From assembly GCA_964016885.1 (NCBI GenBank), contig OZ024748.1, positions 37,820,001-37,884,000 of the forward strand: a stretch of 64,000 bases of DNA. The letters are read 5' to 3'. The translations under genes were made by a program, and so were the position numbers. Each line of letters begins with the position of its first letter. Positions within the stretch are counted from its first letter, which is position 1. The notes beneath the pieces were generated by a model. The model did no database searches. It worked only from the letters and a program-made list of their open reading frames with translations, and was not told where the DNA came from. Below are positions 1 through 12,089 of the stretch, piece by piece. This stretch comes from Eledone cirrhosa. Its lineage: Eukaryota.

Positions 1-3000
1 AAGGAGGTAAGTATTGTGATTAAAAATAAGGAAAAATATAAAGAATGTTGCGAAGGGGGTAAGAGTTGTGATTAAAAAGAAAGAAAATTATTTAGAATGT
101 TGCGAAGGAGGTAAGTGTTGTGAATAAAAAGAAGGAAATATATAAAGAAAGTGTTGTGATTAAAAAGAAGTAACAATATAAAGAATGTTGTGAAGGAGGT
201 AAGTATTGTGATTAAAAAGAAGGAAAAATATAAAAAATGTTGCGAAGGAGGTAAGTGTTGTGATTAAAAAGAAGGAAAAATATAAAGAATGTTGCGAAGG
301 AGGTAAGTGTTGTGATTAAAAAGAAGGAAAAATATAAAGAATGTTGCGAAGGAGGTAAGTGTTGTGATTAAAAAGAATGAAAAATATAAAGAATGTTGCG
401 AAGGAGGATAGTGTTGTGATTAAAAAGAAGGATAAATATAAAGAATGTTGTGAAGAAGGTAATGGCTGCAATTAAAAAGAAAGTCAAATATAAAGAATGT
501 TGCGAAGGAGGTAAGAGTTGTGATTAAAAAGAAGGAAAATATAAAGAATGTTGCGAAGGAGGTAGAGTTGTGATTAAAAAGAAGGAATGATATAAAGAAT
601 GTTGCGAAGGAGGTAAGTGTTGTGATTAAAAAGAAGGAAAAATATAGAGAATGTTGCGAAGGAGGTAAGTGTTGTGATTAAAAAGAAGGAAAAACATAAA
701 GAATGTTGCGAAGGGGGTAAGAGTTGTGATTAAAAAGAAAGAAAATTATTTAGAATGTTGCGAAGGAGGTAAGTGTTCTGAATAAAAAGAAGGAGAAATA
801 TAAAGAGTGTTGCGAAGTAGGTAACAGTTGAGATTAAAAAGAAGGAAAAATATAAAAAATGTTGCGAATGAGGTATGTGTTGTGATTAAAAAGAAGGAAA
901 AATATAATGGATGTTGCGAAGGAGGTAAGTTTTGTGATTAAAAGGAAGGGAAAATATAAAGAATGTTGCGAAAGATGTAAGTGTTGTGATTAAAAAGAAG
1001 GAAAAATATAAAGAATGTTGCGAAGCAGGTAAGAGTGTTGATTAAAAAGAAGGAAAAATATAAAGAATGTTGAGAAGGAGGTAAGTGTTGTGATTAAAAA
1101 GTAGGAAAAATATAAATAATGTTGCGAAGGAGGTAAGTGTTGTGATTAAAAAGCAGGAAAAATATAAAGAATGTTACGAAGTAGGTAAGTGTTGTGATTA
1201 AAAAGAAGGAAAAATATAAAGAAATTTACGAAGGAGATAAGAGTGGTGATAAAAAGAAGGAAAAATATAAAGAATGTTGCGATGGAGGTAAGTGTTGCGT
1301 TTAAAAAGAAGGAAAAATATAAAGAATGTTGCGAAGGGGGTAAGAGTTGTGATTAAAAAGAAAGAAAAATATAAAGAATGATGCGAAGGAGGAAAGTGTT
1401 GTGATTTAAAGAAGGACAAATATAAAGAATGTTGCGAAGGAGGTAAGTGTTGTGTTTAAAAAGAAGGAAAAATATAAAGAAATTTACGAAGGAGGTAAGA
1501 GTGGTGATATAAAAAGAAGTAAAAATATAAAGAATATTGCGAAAGAGGTAAGTGTTGTGATTAAAAAGAAGAAAAAGTATAAAGAATGTTGCGAAGGAGG
1601 TAGTGTTGTGATTAAAAAGAAGGAAAAATATAAAGAATGTTAAGAAGGAGGTAAGTGTTGTGATTAAAAAGAAGGATAAATATGAGGAAATTTACGAAGG
1701 AGGTAAGAGTGGTGATTAAAAAGAAGGAAAAATATAAAAATTGTTGCGAAGGAGGTAAGTGTTGTGATTAAAAAGAAGGAAAAATATAAAGAATGTTGCG
1801 AAGGAGGTAAGTATTGTGATTAAAAATAAGGAAAAATATAAAGAATGTTGCGAAGGAGGTAAGAGTTGTGATTAAAAAGAAGGAATAATATAAAGAATGT
1901 TGCGAAGGAGGTAAGTGTTGTGATTAATAAGAAGGAAAAATATAGAGAATGTTGCGTAGGAGGTAAGTGTTGTGATTAAAAAGAAGGAAAAATATAAAGA
2001 ATGTTGCGAAGGGGGTAAGAGTTGTGATTAAAAAGAAAGAAAATTATTTAGAATGTTGCGAAGGAGGTAAGTGTTGTGAATAAAAAGAAGGAAAAATATA
2101 AAGAAAGTGTTGTGATTAAAAAGAAGTAACAATATAAAGAATGTTGCGAAGGAGGTAAGTATTGTGATTAAAAAGAAGGAAAAATATAAAGAATGTTGCG
2201 AAGGAAATAAGTGTTGTGATTAAAAAGAAGGAAAAATATAAAGAATGTTGCGAAGGAGGTAAGTGTTGTGATTAAAAGGAAGGGAAAATATAAAGAATGA
2301 TGCGAAGGAGGTAAGAGTTGTGCTTAAAAAGAAGGAAAAATATAAAAAATGTTGCGAAGGAGGTAAGTGTTGTGATTAAAAAGAAGGAAAAATATAAAAA
2401 TTGTTGCGAAGGAGGTAAGTGTTGTGATTAAAAAGAAGGAAAAATATAAAGAATGTTGCGAAGGAGGTAAGAGTTGTGATTAAAAAGAAGGAATAATATA
2501 AAGAATGTTGCGAAGGAGGTAAGTGTTGTGATTAATAAGAAGGAAAAATATAGAGAATGTTGCGTAGGAGGTAAGTGTTGTGATTAAAAAGAAGGAAAAA
2601 TATAAAGAATGTTGCGAAGGGGGTAAGAGTTGTGATTAAAAAGAAAGAAAATTATTTAGAATGTTGCGAAGGAGGTAAGTGTTGTGAATAAAAAGAAGGA
2701 AAAATATAAAGAAAGTGTTGTGATTAAAAAGAAGTAAAAATATAAAGAATGTTGCGAAGTAGGTAAGAGTTGTGATTAAAAAGAAGGAAAAATATAAAAA
2801 ATGTTTCGAAGGAGGTAAGTGTTGTGATTAAAAAGAAGGAAAAATATAAAGAATGTTGCGAAGGATGTAAGTGTTGTGATTAAAAAGAAGGAAAAATATA
2901 GAGAATGTTGCGAAGGATGTAAGTGTTGTGATTAAAAAGAAGGAAAAATATAAAGAATGTTGCGAAGGGGGTAAGAGTTGTGATTAATAATAAAGAAAAT

Positions 3001-6000
3001 TGTTTAGAATGTTGCAAAGGAGGTAAGTGTTGTGATTAAAAAGAAGGAAAAATATAAAGAATGTTGCGAAGGAGGTAAGTGTTGTGATTAAAAAGAAGGA
3101 AAAATATAAGGAATGTTACGAAGGAGGTAAGTTGTGATAAAAAGAAAGAAAAATAAAAAGAATGTTGCGAAGGAGGTAAGTGTTGAGATTAAAAAGAAGG
3201 AAAAATATAAAGAATGTTGCGAAGGAGGTAAGAGTTGTGATTAAAAAGAAGAGAAAATATAAAGAATGTTGCAAAAGGGGTAAGTGTTGTGATTAAAATG
3301 AAGGAAAAATATAAAGAATGTTGCGAAGTAGGTAAGAGTGTTGATTAAAAAGAAGGAAAATTATAAAGAATGTTGCGAAGGAGGTAACTGTTGTGATTAA
3401 AAAGAAGGAAAAATATAAAGAATGTTACGAAGGAGGTAAGAGTTGTGATTAAAAAGAAGGAAAAATATAAAGAAATTTACGACGGAGGTAAGCGTGGTGA
3501 TTAAAAAGAAGGTAAACTATAAAGAATGTTACGAAGGAGGTAAGTGTTGTGATTAAAAAGAAGGATAAATATAAGGAAATTTACGAAGGAGGTAAGAGTG
3601 GTGATTAAAAAGAAGGAAAAATATAAAAATTGTTGCGAAGGAGGTAAGTGTTGTGATTAAAAAGAAGGAAAAATATAAAGAATGTTGCGAAGGAGGTAAG
3701 AGTGTTGGTTAAAAAGAAGGAAAAATATAAAGTATGTTGCAAAGGAGGTAAGTGTTGTGATTAAAAAAAAGGAAAAATATAAAGAATGTTGCGAAGTAGG
3801 TAAGAGTGTTGATTAAAAAGAAGGAAAAATATAATGAATGTTGCGAAGGAGGTAAGTGTTGTGATTAAAAAAAGGAAAAATATACAGAATGTTACGAATG
3901 AGGTAAGTTTTGCGATTAAAAAGAATGAAAAATATAAAGAATGTTGCGAAGGAGGAAAGTGTTGTGATTAAAAAGAAGGATAAATATAAAGAATGTTGCG
4001 AAGAAGGTAATTGTTGCAATTAAAAAGAAAGACAAATATAAAGAATGTTGCGAAGGAGGTAAGAGTTGTGATTAAAAAGAAGGAAAATATAAAGAATGTT
4101 GCGAAGGAGGTAAGAGTTGGGATTAAAAAGAAGGAAAAATATAAAGAATGTTGCGAAGGAGGTAAGAGTGGTGATTAAAAAGAAGGAAAAATATAAAGAA
4201 TGTTGCGAAGGAGGTAAGTGTTGAGATTAAAAAGAAGGAAAAATATAAAGAATGTTGCGAAGGAGGTAAGAGTTGTGATTAAAAAGAAGAGAAAATATAA
4301 AGAATGTTACTAAGGAGGTAAGAGTTGTGATTAAAAAGAAGGAAAAATATAAAGAAATTTACGAAGGAGGTAAGCGTGGTGATTAAAAAGAAGGTAAACT
4401 ATAAAGAATATCGTGAAGGAGGTAAGTGTTGTGTTTAAAAAGAAGGAAAAATATAAAGGAATTTACGCAGGAGGTAAGAGTGGTGATATAAAAAGAAGGA
4501 AAAATATAAAGAATATTGCGAAAGAGGTAAGTGCTGTGATTAAAAAGAAGGAAAATTATAAAGAATGTTACGAAGGAGGTAAGAGTTGTGATTAAAAAGA
4601 AGAAAAAGTATAAAGAATGTTGCGAAGGAGGTAGTGTTGTGATTAAAAAGAAGGAAAAATATAAAGAATGTTAAGAAGGAGGTAAGTGTTGTGATTAAAA
4701 AGAAGGAAAAATATGAAAAAATTTTGCGAAGGAGGTAAGTGTTGTGATTAAAAAGAAGGAAAAATATAAAGAATGTTGCGAAGGAGGTAAGTATTGTGAT
4801 TAAAAATAAGGAAAAATATAAAGAATGTTGCGAAGGGGGTAAGAGTTGTGATTAAAAAGAAAGAAAATTATTTAGAATGTTGCGAAGGAGGTAAGTGTTG
4901 TGAATAAAAAGAAGGAAAAATATAAAGAAAGTGTTGTGATTAAAAGGAAGGGAAAATATAAAGAATGTTGCGAAGGAGGTAAGAGTTCTGCTTAAAAAGA
5001 AGGAAAAATATAAAAAATGTTGCGAAGGAGGTAAGTGTTGTGATTAAAAAGAAGGAAAGATATAAAGAATGTTGCGAAGGAGGTCAGTGTTGTGATTAAA
5101 AGGAAGGGAAAATATAAAGAATGTTGCGAAGGAGGTAAGTGTTGTGATTAAAAAAAGGAAAAATATACAGAATGTTGCGAAGGAGGTAAGTGTTGTGATT
5201 AAAAAGAATGAAAAATATAAAGAATGTTGCGAAGGAGGAAAGTGTTGTGATTAAAAAGAAGGATAAATATAAAGAATGTTGCGAAGAAGGTAATTGTTGC
5301 AATTAAAAAGAAAGACAAATATAAAGAATGTTGCGAAGGAGGTAAGAGTTGTGATTAAAAAGAAGGAAAATATAAAGAATGTTGCGAAGGAGGTAAGAGT
5401 TGTGATTAAAAAGAAGGAAAAATATAAAGAAACTTACGAAGGAGGTAAGAGTTGTGATTAAAAAGAAGAAAAAATATAAAGAATGTTGCGAAGGAGGTAA
5501 GTGTTGTGATTAAAAAGAAGGAAAAATATAAAGAATGTTACGAAGGAGGTAAGAGTGGTGATTAAAAAGAAGGAAAAATATAAAGAATATTGCGAAGGAG
5601 GTAAGTGTTGTGTTTAAAAAGAAGGAAAAATATAAAGAATGTTGCGTAAGAGGTAAGTCTTGTGATTAAAAAGAAGGAAAAATATAAAGAATGATGCGAA
5701 GGAGGTAGAGTTGTGATTAAAAAGAAGGAATAATATAAAGAATGTTGCGAAGGAGGTAAGTGTTGTGATTAAAAAGAAGGAAAAATATAGAGAATGTTGC
5801 GAAGGAGGTAAGTGTTGTGATTAAAAAGAAGGAAAAACATAAAGAATGTTGCGAAGGGGGTAAGAGTTGTGATTAAAAAGAAAGAAAATTATTTAGAATG
5901 TTGCGAAGGAGGTAAGTGTTCTGAATAAAAAGAAGGAAAAATATAAAGAATGTTGCGAAGCAGGTAAGAGTGTTGATTAAAAAGAAGGAAAAATATAAAG

Positions 6001-9000
6001 AATGTTGAGAAGGAGGTAAGTGTTGTGATTAAAAAGTAGGAAAAATATAAATAATGTTGCGAAGGAGGTAAGTGTTGTGATTAAAAAGCAGTAAAAATAT
6101 AAAGAATGTTACGAAGTAGGTAAGTGTTGTGATTAAAAAGAAGGAAAAATATAAAGAAATTTACGAAGGAGATAAGAGTGGTGATTAAAAGGAAGGGAAA
6201 ATATAAAGAAATTGACGAAGGAGGTAAGAGTGGTGATTAAAAAGAAGGAAAAATATAAAGAATATTGCGATGGAGGTAAGTGTTGTGTTTAAAAAAAAGG
6301 AAAAATATAAAGATGTTGCGAAAGAGGTAAGTGTTCTGATTAAAAAGAAGGAAAAATATAAAGAAATTTACGAAGGAGGTAAGTGTTGTGATTAAAAAGA
6401 AGGAAAAATATAAAGACTATTGCGAAGGAGGTAATTGTTGTGTTTACAAAGAAGGAAAAATATAAAGATATTGCGAAAGAGTTAAGTGTTGTGATTAAAA
6501 AGAAGGAAAAATATAAAGAATGTTGCGAAGGAGGTCAGAGTTGTGTTTAAAAAGAAGGAAAAATATAAAGAATGTTGCGAAGGAGGTAAGTGTGGTGATT
6601 AAAAAGAAGGAAAAATATAAAGAAGTTGCGAAGGAGGTAAGAGTGGTGATAAAAAGAAGGAAATATATAAAGAATGTTGCGAAGGAGGTAAGTGTTGTGA
6701 TTAAAAAGAAGAAAAAATATAAAGAATGTTGCGAAGGGGGTAAGAGTTGTGATTAAAAAGAAAGAAAAATATAAAGAATGATGCGAAGGAGGAAAGTGTT
6801 GTGATTTAAAGAAGGACAAACATAAGGAATGTTGCGAAGGAGGTAAGTGTTGTGTTTAAAAAGAAGGAAAAATATAAAGAAATTTACGAAGGAGGTAAGA
6901 GTGGTGATTAAAAAGAAGGAAAAATATAAAAATTGTTGCGAAGGAGGTAAGTGTTGTGATTAAAAAGAAGGAAAAATATAAAGAATGTTGCGAAGGAGGT
7001 AAGTATTGTGATTAAAAATAAGGAAAAATATGAAGAATGTTGCGAAAGAGGTAAGAGTTGTGATTAAAAAGAAGGAATAATATAAAGAATGTTGCGAAAG
7101 AGGTAAGTGTTGTGATTAATAAGAAGGAAAAATATAGAGAATGTTGCGTAGGAGGTAAGTGTTGTAATTAAAAAGAAGGGAAAATATAAAGAATGTTGCG
7201 AAGGGGGTAAGAGTTGTGATTAAAAAGAAAGAAAATTATTTAGAATGTTGCGAAGGAGGTAAGTGTTGTGAATAAAAAGAAGGAAAAATATAAAGAAAGT
7301 GTTGTGATTAAAAAGAAGTAACAATATAAAGAATGTTGCGAAGGAGGTAAGTATTGTGATTAAAAAGAAAGAAAAATATAAAAAATGTTGCGAAGGAGGT
7401 AAGCGTTGTGATTAAAAGGAAGGGAAAATATAAAGAATGTTGCGAAGGAGGTAAGAGTTGTGCTTAAAAAGAAGGAAAAATATAAAAAATGTTGCGAAGG
7501 AGGTAAGTGTTGTGATTAAAAAGAAGGAAAAATATAAAGAATGTTGCGAAGGAGGTCAGTGTTGTGATTAAAAGGAAGGGAAAATATAAAGAATGTTGCG
7601 AAGGAGGTAAGTGTTGTGATTAAAAAAAGGAAAAATATACAGAATGTTAAGAAGGAGGTAAGTGTTGTGATTAAAAAGAAGGATAAATATAAGGAAATTT
7701 ACGAAGGAGGTAAGAGTGGTGATTAAAAAGAAGGAAAAATATAAAAATTGTTGCGAAGGAGGTAAGTGTTGTGATTAAAAAGAAGGAAAAATATAAAGAA
7801 TGTTGCGAAGGAGGTAAGAGTTGTGATTAAAAAGAAGGAATAATATAAAGAATGTTGCGAAGGAGGTAAGTGTTGTGATTAATAAGAAGGAAAAATATAG
7901 AGAATGTTGCGAAGGAGGTAAGTGTTGTGATTAAAAAGAAGGAAAAATATAAAGAATGTTGCGAAGGGGGTAAGAGTTGTGATTGAAAAGAAAGAAAATT
8001 ATTTAGAATGTTGCGAAGGAGGTAAGTATTGTGAATAAAAAGAAGGAAAAATATAAAGAAAGTGTTGTGATTAAAAAGAAGTAACAATATAAAGAATGTT
8101 GCGAAGGGGGTAAGTATTGTGATTAAAAAGAAGGAAAAATATAAAAAATGTTGCGAAGGAGGTAAGTGTTGTGATTAAAAAGAAGGAAAAATATAAAGAA
8201 TGTTGCGAAGGAGGTAAGTGTTGTGATTAAAAGGAAGGGAAAATATAAAGAATGTTGCGAAGGAGGTAAGAGTTGTGCTTAAAAAGAAGGAAAAATATAA
8301 AAAATGTTGCGAAGGAGGTAAGTGTTGTGATTAAAAAGAAGGAAAAATATAAAGAATGTTGCGAAGGAGGTCAGTGTTGTGATTAAAAGGAAGGGAAAAT
8401 ATAAAGAATGTTGCGAAGGAGGTAAGTGTTGTGATTAAAAAAAGGAAAAATATACAGAATGTTGCGAAGAAGGGAAGTGTTGTGATTAAAAAGAATGAAA
8501 AATATAAAGAATGTTGCGAAGGAGGAAAGTGTTGTGATTAAAAAGAAGGATAAATATAAAGAATGTTGCGAAGAGGGTAATTGTTGCAATTAAAAAGAAA
8601 GACAAATATAAAGAATGTTGCGAAGGAGGTAAGAGTTGTGATTAAAAAGAAGGAAAATATAAAGAATGTTGCGAAGGAGGTAAGAGTTGTGATTAAAAAG
8701 AAGGAAAAATATAAAGAAACTTACGAAGGAGGTAAGAGTTGTGATTAAAAAGAAGGAAAAATATAAAGAATGTTGCAAAGGCGGTAAGTGTTGTGATTAA
8801 AAAGAAGGAAAAATATAAAGAATGTTACGAAGGAGGTAAGAGTGGTGATTAAAAAGAAGGAAAAATATAAAGAATATTGCGAAGGAGGTAAGTGTTGTGT
8901 TTAAAAAGAAGGAAAAATATAAAGAATGTTGCGTAAGAGGTAAGTCTTGTGATTAAAAAGAAGGAAAATTATAAAGAATGTTGCTAAGGAGGTAAGTGCT

Positions 9001-12000
9001 GTGATTAAAAAAAGGAAAAATATAAAGAATGTTACGAAGGAGGTAACAGTTGTGATTAAAGAGAAGGAAAAATATAAATATTGTTGCGAAGGAGGTAAGT
9101 GTTGTGATTAAAAAGAAGGAAAAATATAAAGAACGTTGCGAAGGAGGTAAGTGTTGTGATTAAAAATAAGGAAAAATATAAAGAATGATGCGAAGGAGGT
9201 AGAGTTGTGATTAAAAAGAAGGAATAATATAAAGAATGTTGCGAAGGAGGTAAGTGTTGTGATTAAAAAAAGGAAAAATATACAGAATTTTGCGAAGGAG
9301 GTAAGTGTTCTGATTAAAAAGAAGGAAAAATATAAAGAATGTTGCGAAGGAGGAAAGTGTTGTGATTAAAAGGAAGGATAAATATAAAGAATGTTGCGAA
9401 GGAGGTAATTGTTGCAATTAAAAAGAAAGACAAATATAAAGAATGTTGCGAAAGATGTAAGTGTTGTGATTAAAAAGAAGGAAAAATATAAAGAATGTTG
9501 CGAAGCAGGTAAGAGTGTTGATTAAAAAGAAGGAAAAATATAAAGAATGTTGAGAAGGAGGTAAGTGTTGTGATTAAAAAGTAGGAAAAATATAAATAAT
9601 GTTGCGAAGGAGGTAAGTGTTGTGATTAAAAAGCAGGAAAAATATAAAGAATGTTACGAAGTAGGTAAGTGTTGTGATTAAAAAGAAGGAAAAATATAAA
9701 GAAATTTACGAAGGAGATAAGAGTGGTGATTAAAAGGAAGGGAAAATATAAAGAAATTGACGAAGGAGGTAAGAGTGGTGATTAAAAAGAAGGAAAAATA
9801 TAAAGAATATTGCGATGGAGGTAAGTGTTGTGTTTAAAAAAAAGGAAAAATATAAAGATGTTGCGAAAGAGGTAAGTGTTCTGATTAAAAAGAAGGAAAA
9901 ATATAAAGAAATTTACGAAGGAGGTAAGTGTTGTGATTAAAAAGAAGGAAAAATATAAAGACAATTGCGAAGGAGGTAAGTGTTGTGTTTAAAAAGAAGG
10001 GAAAATATAAAGATATTGCGAAAGAGTTAAGTGTTGTGATTAAAAAGAAGGAAAAATATAAAGAATGTTGCGAAGGAGGTCAGAGTTGTGTTTAAAAAGA
10101 AGGAAAAATATAAAGAATGTTGCGAAGGAGGTAAGTGTGGTGATTAAAAAGAAGGAAAAATATAAAGAAGTTGCGAAGGAGGTAAGAGTGGTGATAAAAA
10201 GAAGGAAAAATATAAAGAATGTTGCGAAGGAGGTAAGTGTGGTGATTAAAAAGAAGAAAAAATATAAAGAATGTTGCGAAGGGGGTAAGAGTTGTGATTA
10301 AAAAGAAAGAAAAATATAAAGAATGATGCGAAGGAGGAAAGTGTTGTGATTTAAAGAAGGACAAATATAAGGAATGTTGCGAAGGAGGTAAGTGTTGTGT
10401 TTAAAAAGAAGGAAAAATATAAAGAAATTTACGAAGGAGGTAAGAGTGGTGATATAAAAAGAAGGAAAAATATAAAGAATATTGCGAAAGAGGTAAGTGT
10501 TGTGATTAAAAAGAAGAAAAAGTATAAAGAATGTTGCGAAGGAGGTAGTGTTGTGATTAAAAAGAAGGAAAAATATAAAGAATGTTAAGAAGGAGGTAAG
10601 TGTTGTGATTAAAAAGAAGGATAAATATAAGGAAATTTACGAAGGAGGTAAGAGTGGTGATTAAAAAGAAGGAAAAATATAAAAATTGTTGCGAAGGAGG
10701 TAAGTGTTGTGATTAAAAAGAAGGAAAAATATAAAGAATGTTGCGAAGGAGGTAAGTATTGTGATTAAAAATAAGGAAAAATATAAAGAATGTTGCGAAG
10801 GAGGTAAGAGTTGTGATTAAAAAGAAGGAATAATATAAAGAATATTGCGACGGAGGTAAGTGTTGTGATTAATAAGAAGGAAAAATATAGAGAATGTTGC
10901 GTAGGAGGTAAGTGTTGTGATTAAAAAGAAGGAAAAATATAAAGAATGTTGCGAAGGGGGTAAGAGTTGTGATTAAAAAGAAAGAAAATTATTTAGAATG
11001 TTGCGCAGGAGGTAAGTGTTGTGAATAAAAAGAAGGAAAAATATAAAGAAAGTGTTGTGATTAAAAAGAAGTAACAATATAAAGAATGTTGCGAAGGAGG
11101 TAAGTATTGTGATTAAAAAGAAAGAAAAATATAAAAAATGTTGCGAAGGAGGTAAGTGTTGTGATTAAAAAGAAGGAAAAATATAAAGAATGTTGCGAAG
11201 GAGGTAAGTGTTGTGATTAAAAGGAAGGGAAAATATAAAGAATGTTGCGAAGGAGGTAAGAGTTGTGCTTAAAAAGAAGGAAAAATATAAAAAATGTTGC
11301 GAAGGAGGTAAGTGTTGTGATTAAAAAGAAGGAAAAATATAAAGAATGTTGCGAAGGAGGTCAGTGTTGTGATTAAAAGGAAGGGAAAATATAAAGAATG
11401 TTGCGAAGGAGGTAAGTGTTGTGATTAAAAAAAGGAAAAATATACAGAATGTTAAGAAGGAGGTAAGTGTTGTGATTAAAAAGAAGGATAAATATAAGGA
11501 AATTTACGAAGGAGGTAAGAGTGGTGATTAAAAAGAAGGAAAATATAAAGAATGTTGCGAAGGAGGTAAGAGTTGTGATTAAAAAGAAGGAAAAATATAA
11601 AGAAACTTACGAAGGAGGTAAGAGTTGTGATTAAAAAGAAGGAAAAATATAAAGAATGTTACGAAGGAGGTAAGAGTGGTGATTAAAAAGAAGGAAAAAT
11701 ATAAAGAATATTGCGAAGGAGGTAAGTGTTGTGTTTAAAAAGAAGGAAAAATATAAAGAATGTTGCGTAAGAGGTAAGTCTTGTGATTAAAAAGAAGGAA
11801 AATTATAAAGAATGTTGCTAAGGAGGTAAGTGTTGTGATTAAAAAAAGGAAAAATATAAAGAATGTTACGAAGGAGGTAACAGTTGTGATTAAAGAGAAG
11901 GAAAAATATAAAAATTGTTGCGAAGGAGGTAAGTGTTGTGATTAAAAAGAAGGAAAAATATAAAGAACGTTGCGAAGGAGGTAAGTGTTGTGATTAAAAA

Positions 12001-12089
12001 TAAGGAAAAATATTAAGAATGATGCGAAGGAGGTAGAATTGTGATTAAAAAGAAGGAATAATATAAAGAATGTTGCGAAGGAGGTAAGT

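Noticed and set aside
281-286. TATAAA as a functional TATA box or promoter feature
   Set aside because: It is expected in A/T-rich repeats and there is no downstream gene. It is noted only as part of a speculative finding.
297-304. 16S rRNA 3' end (ACCTCCTT on the - strand) or U1 snRNA gene (ACTTACCT)
   Set aside because: These are 8-nt matches only, with no other rRNA or snRNA sequence or structure.
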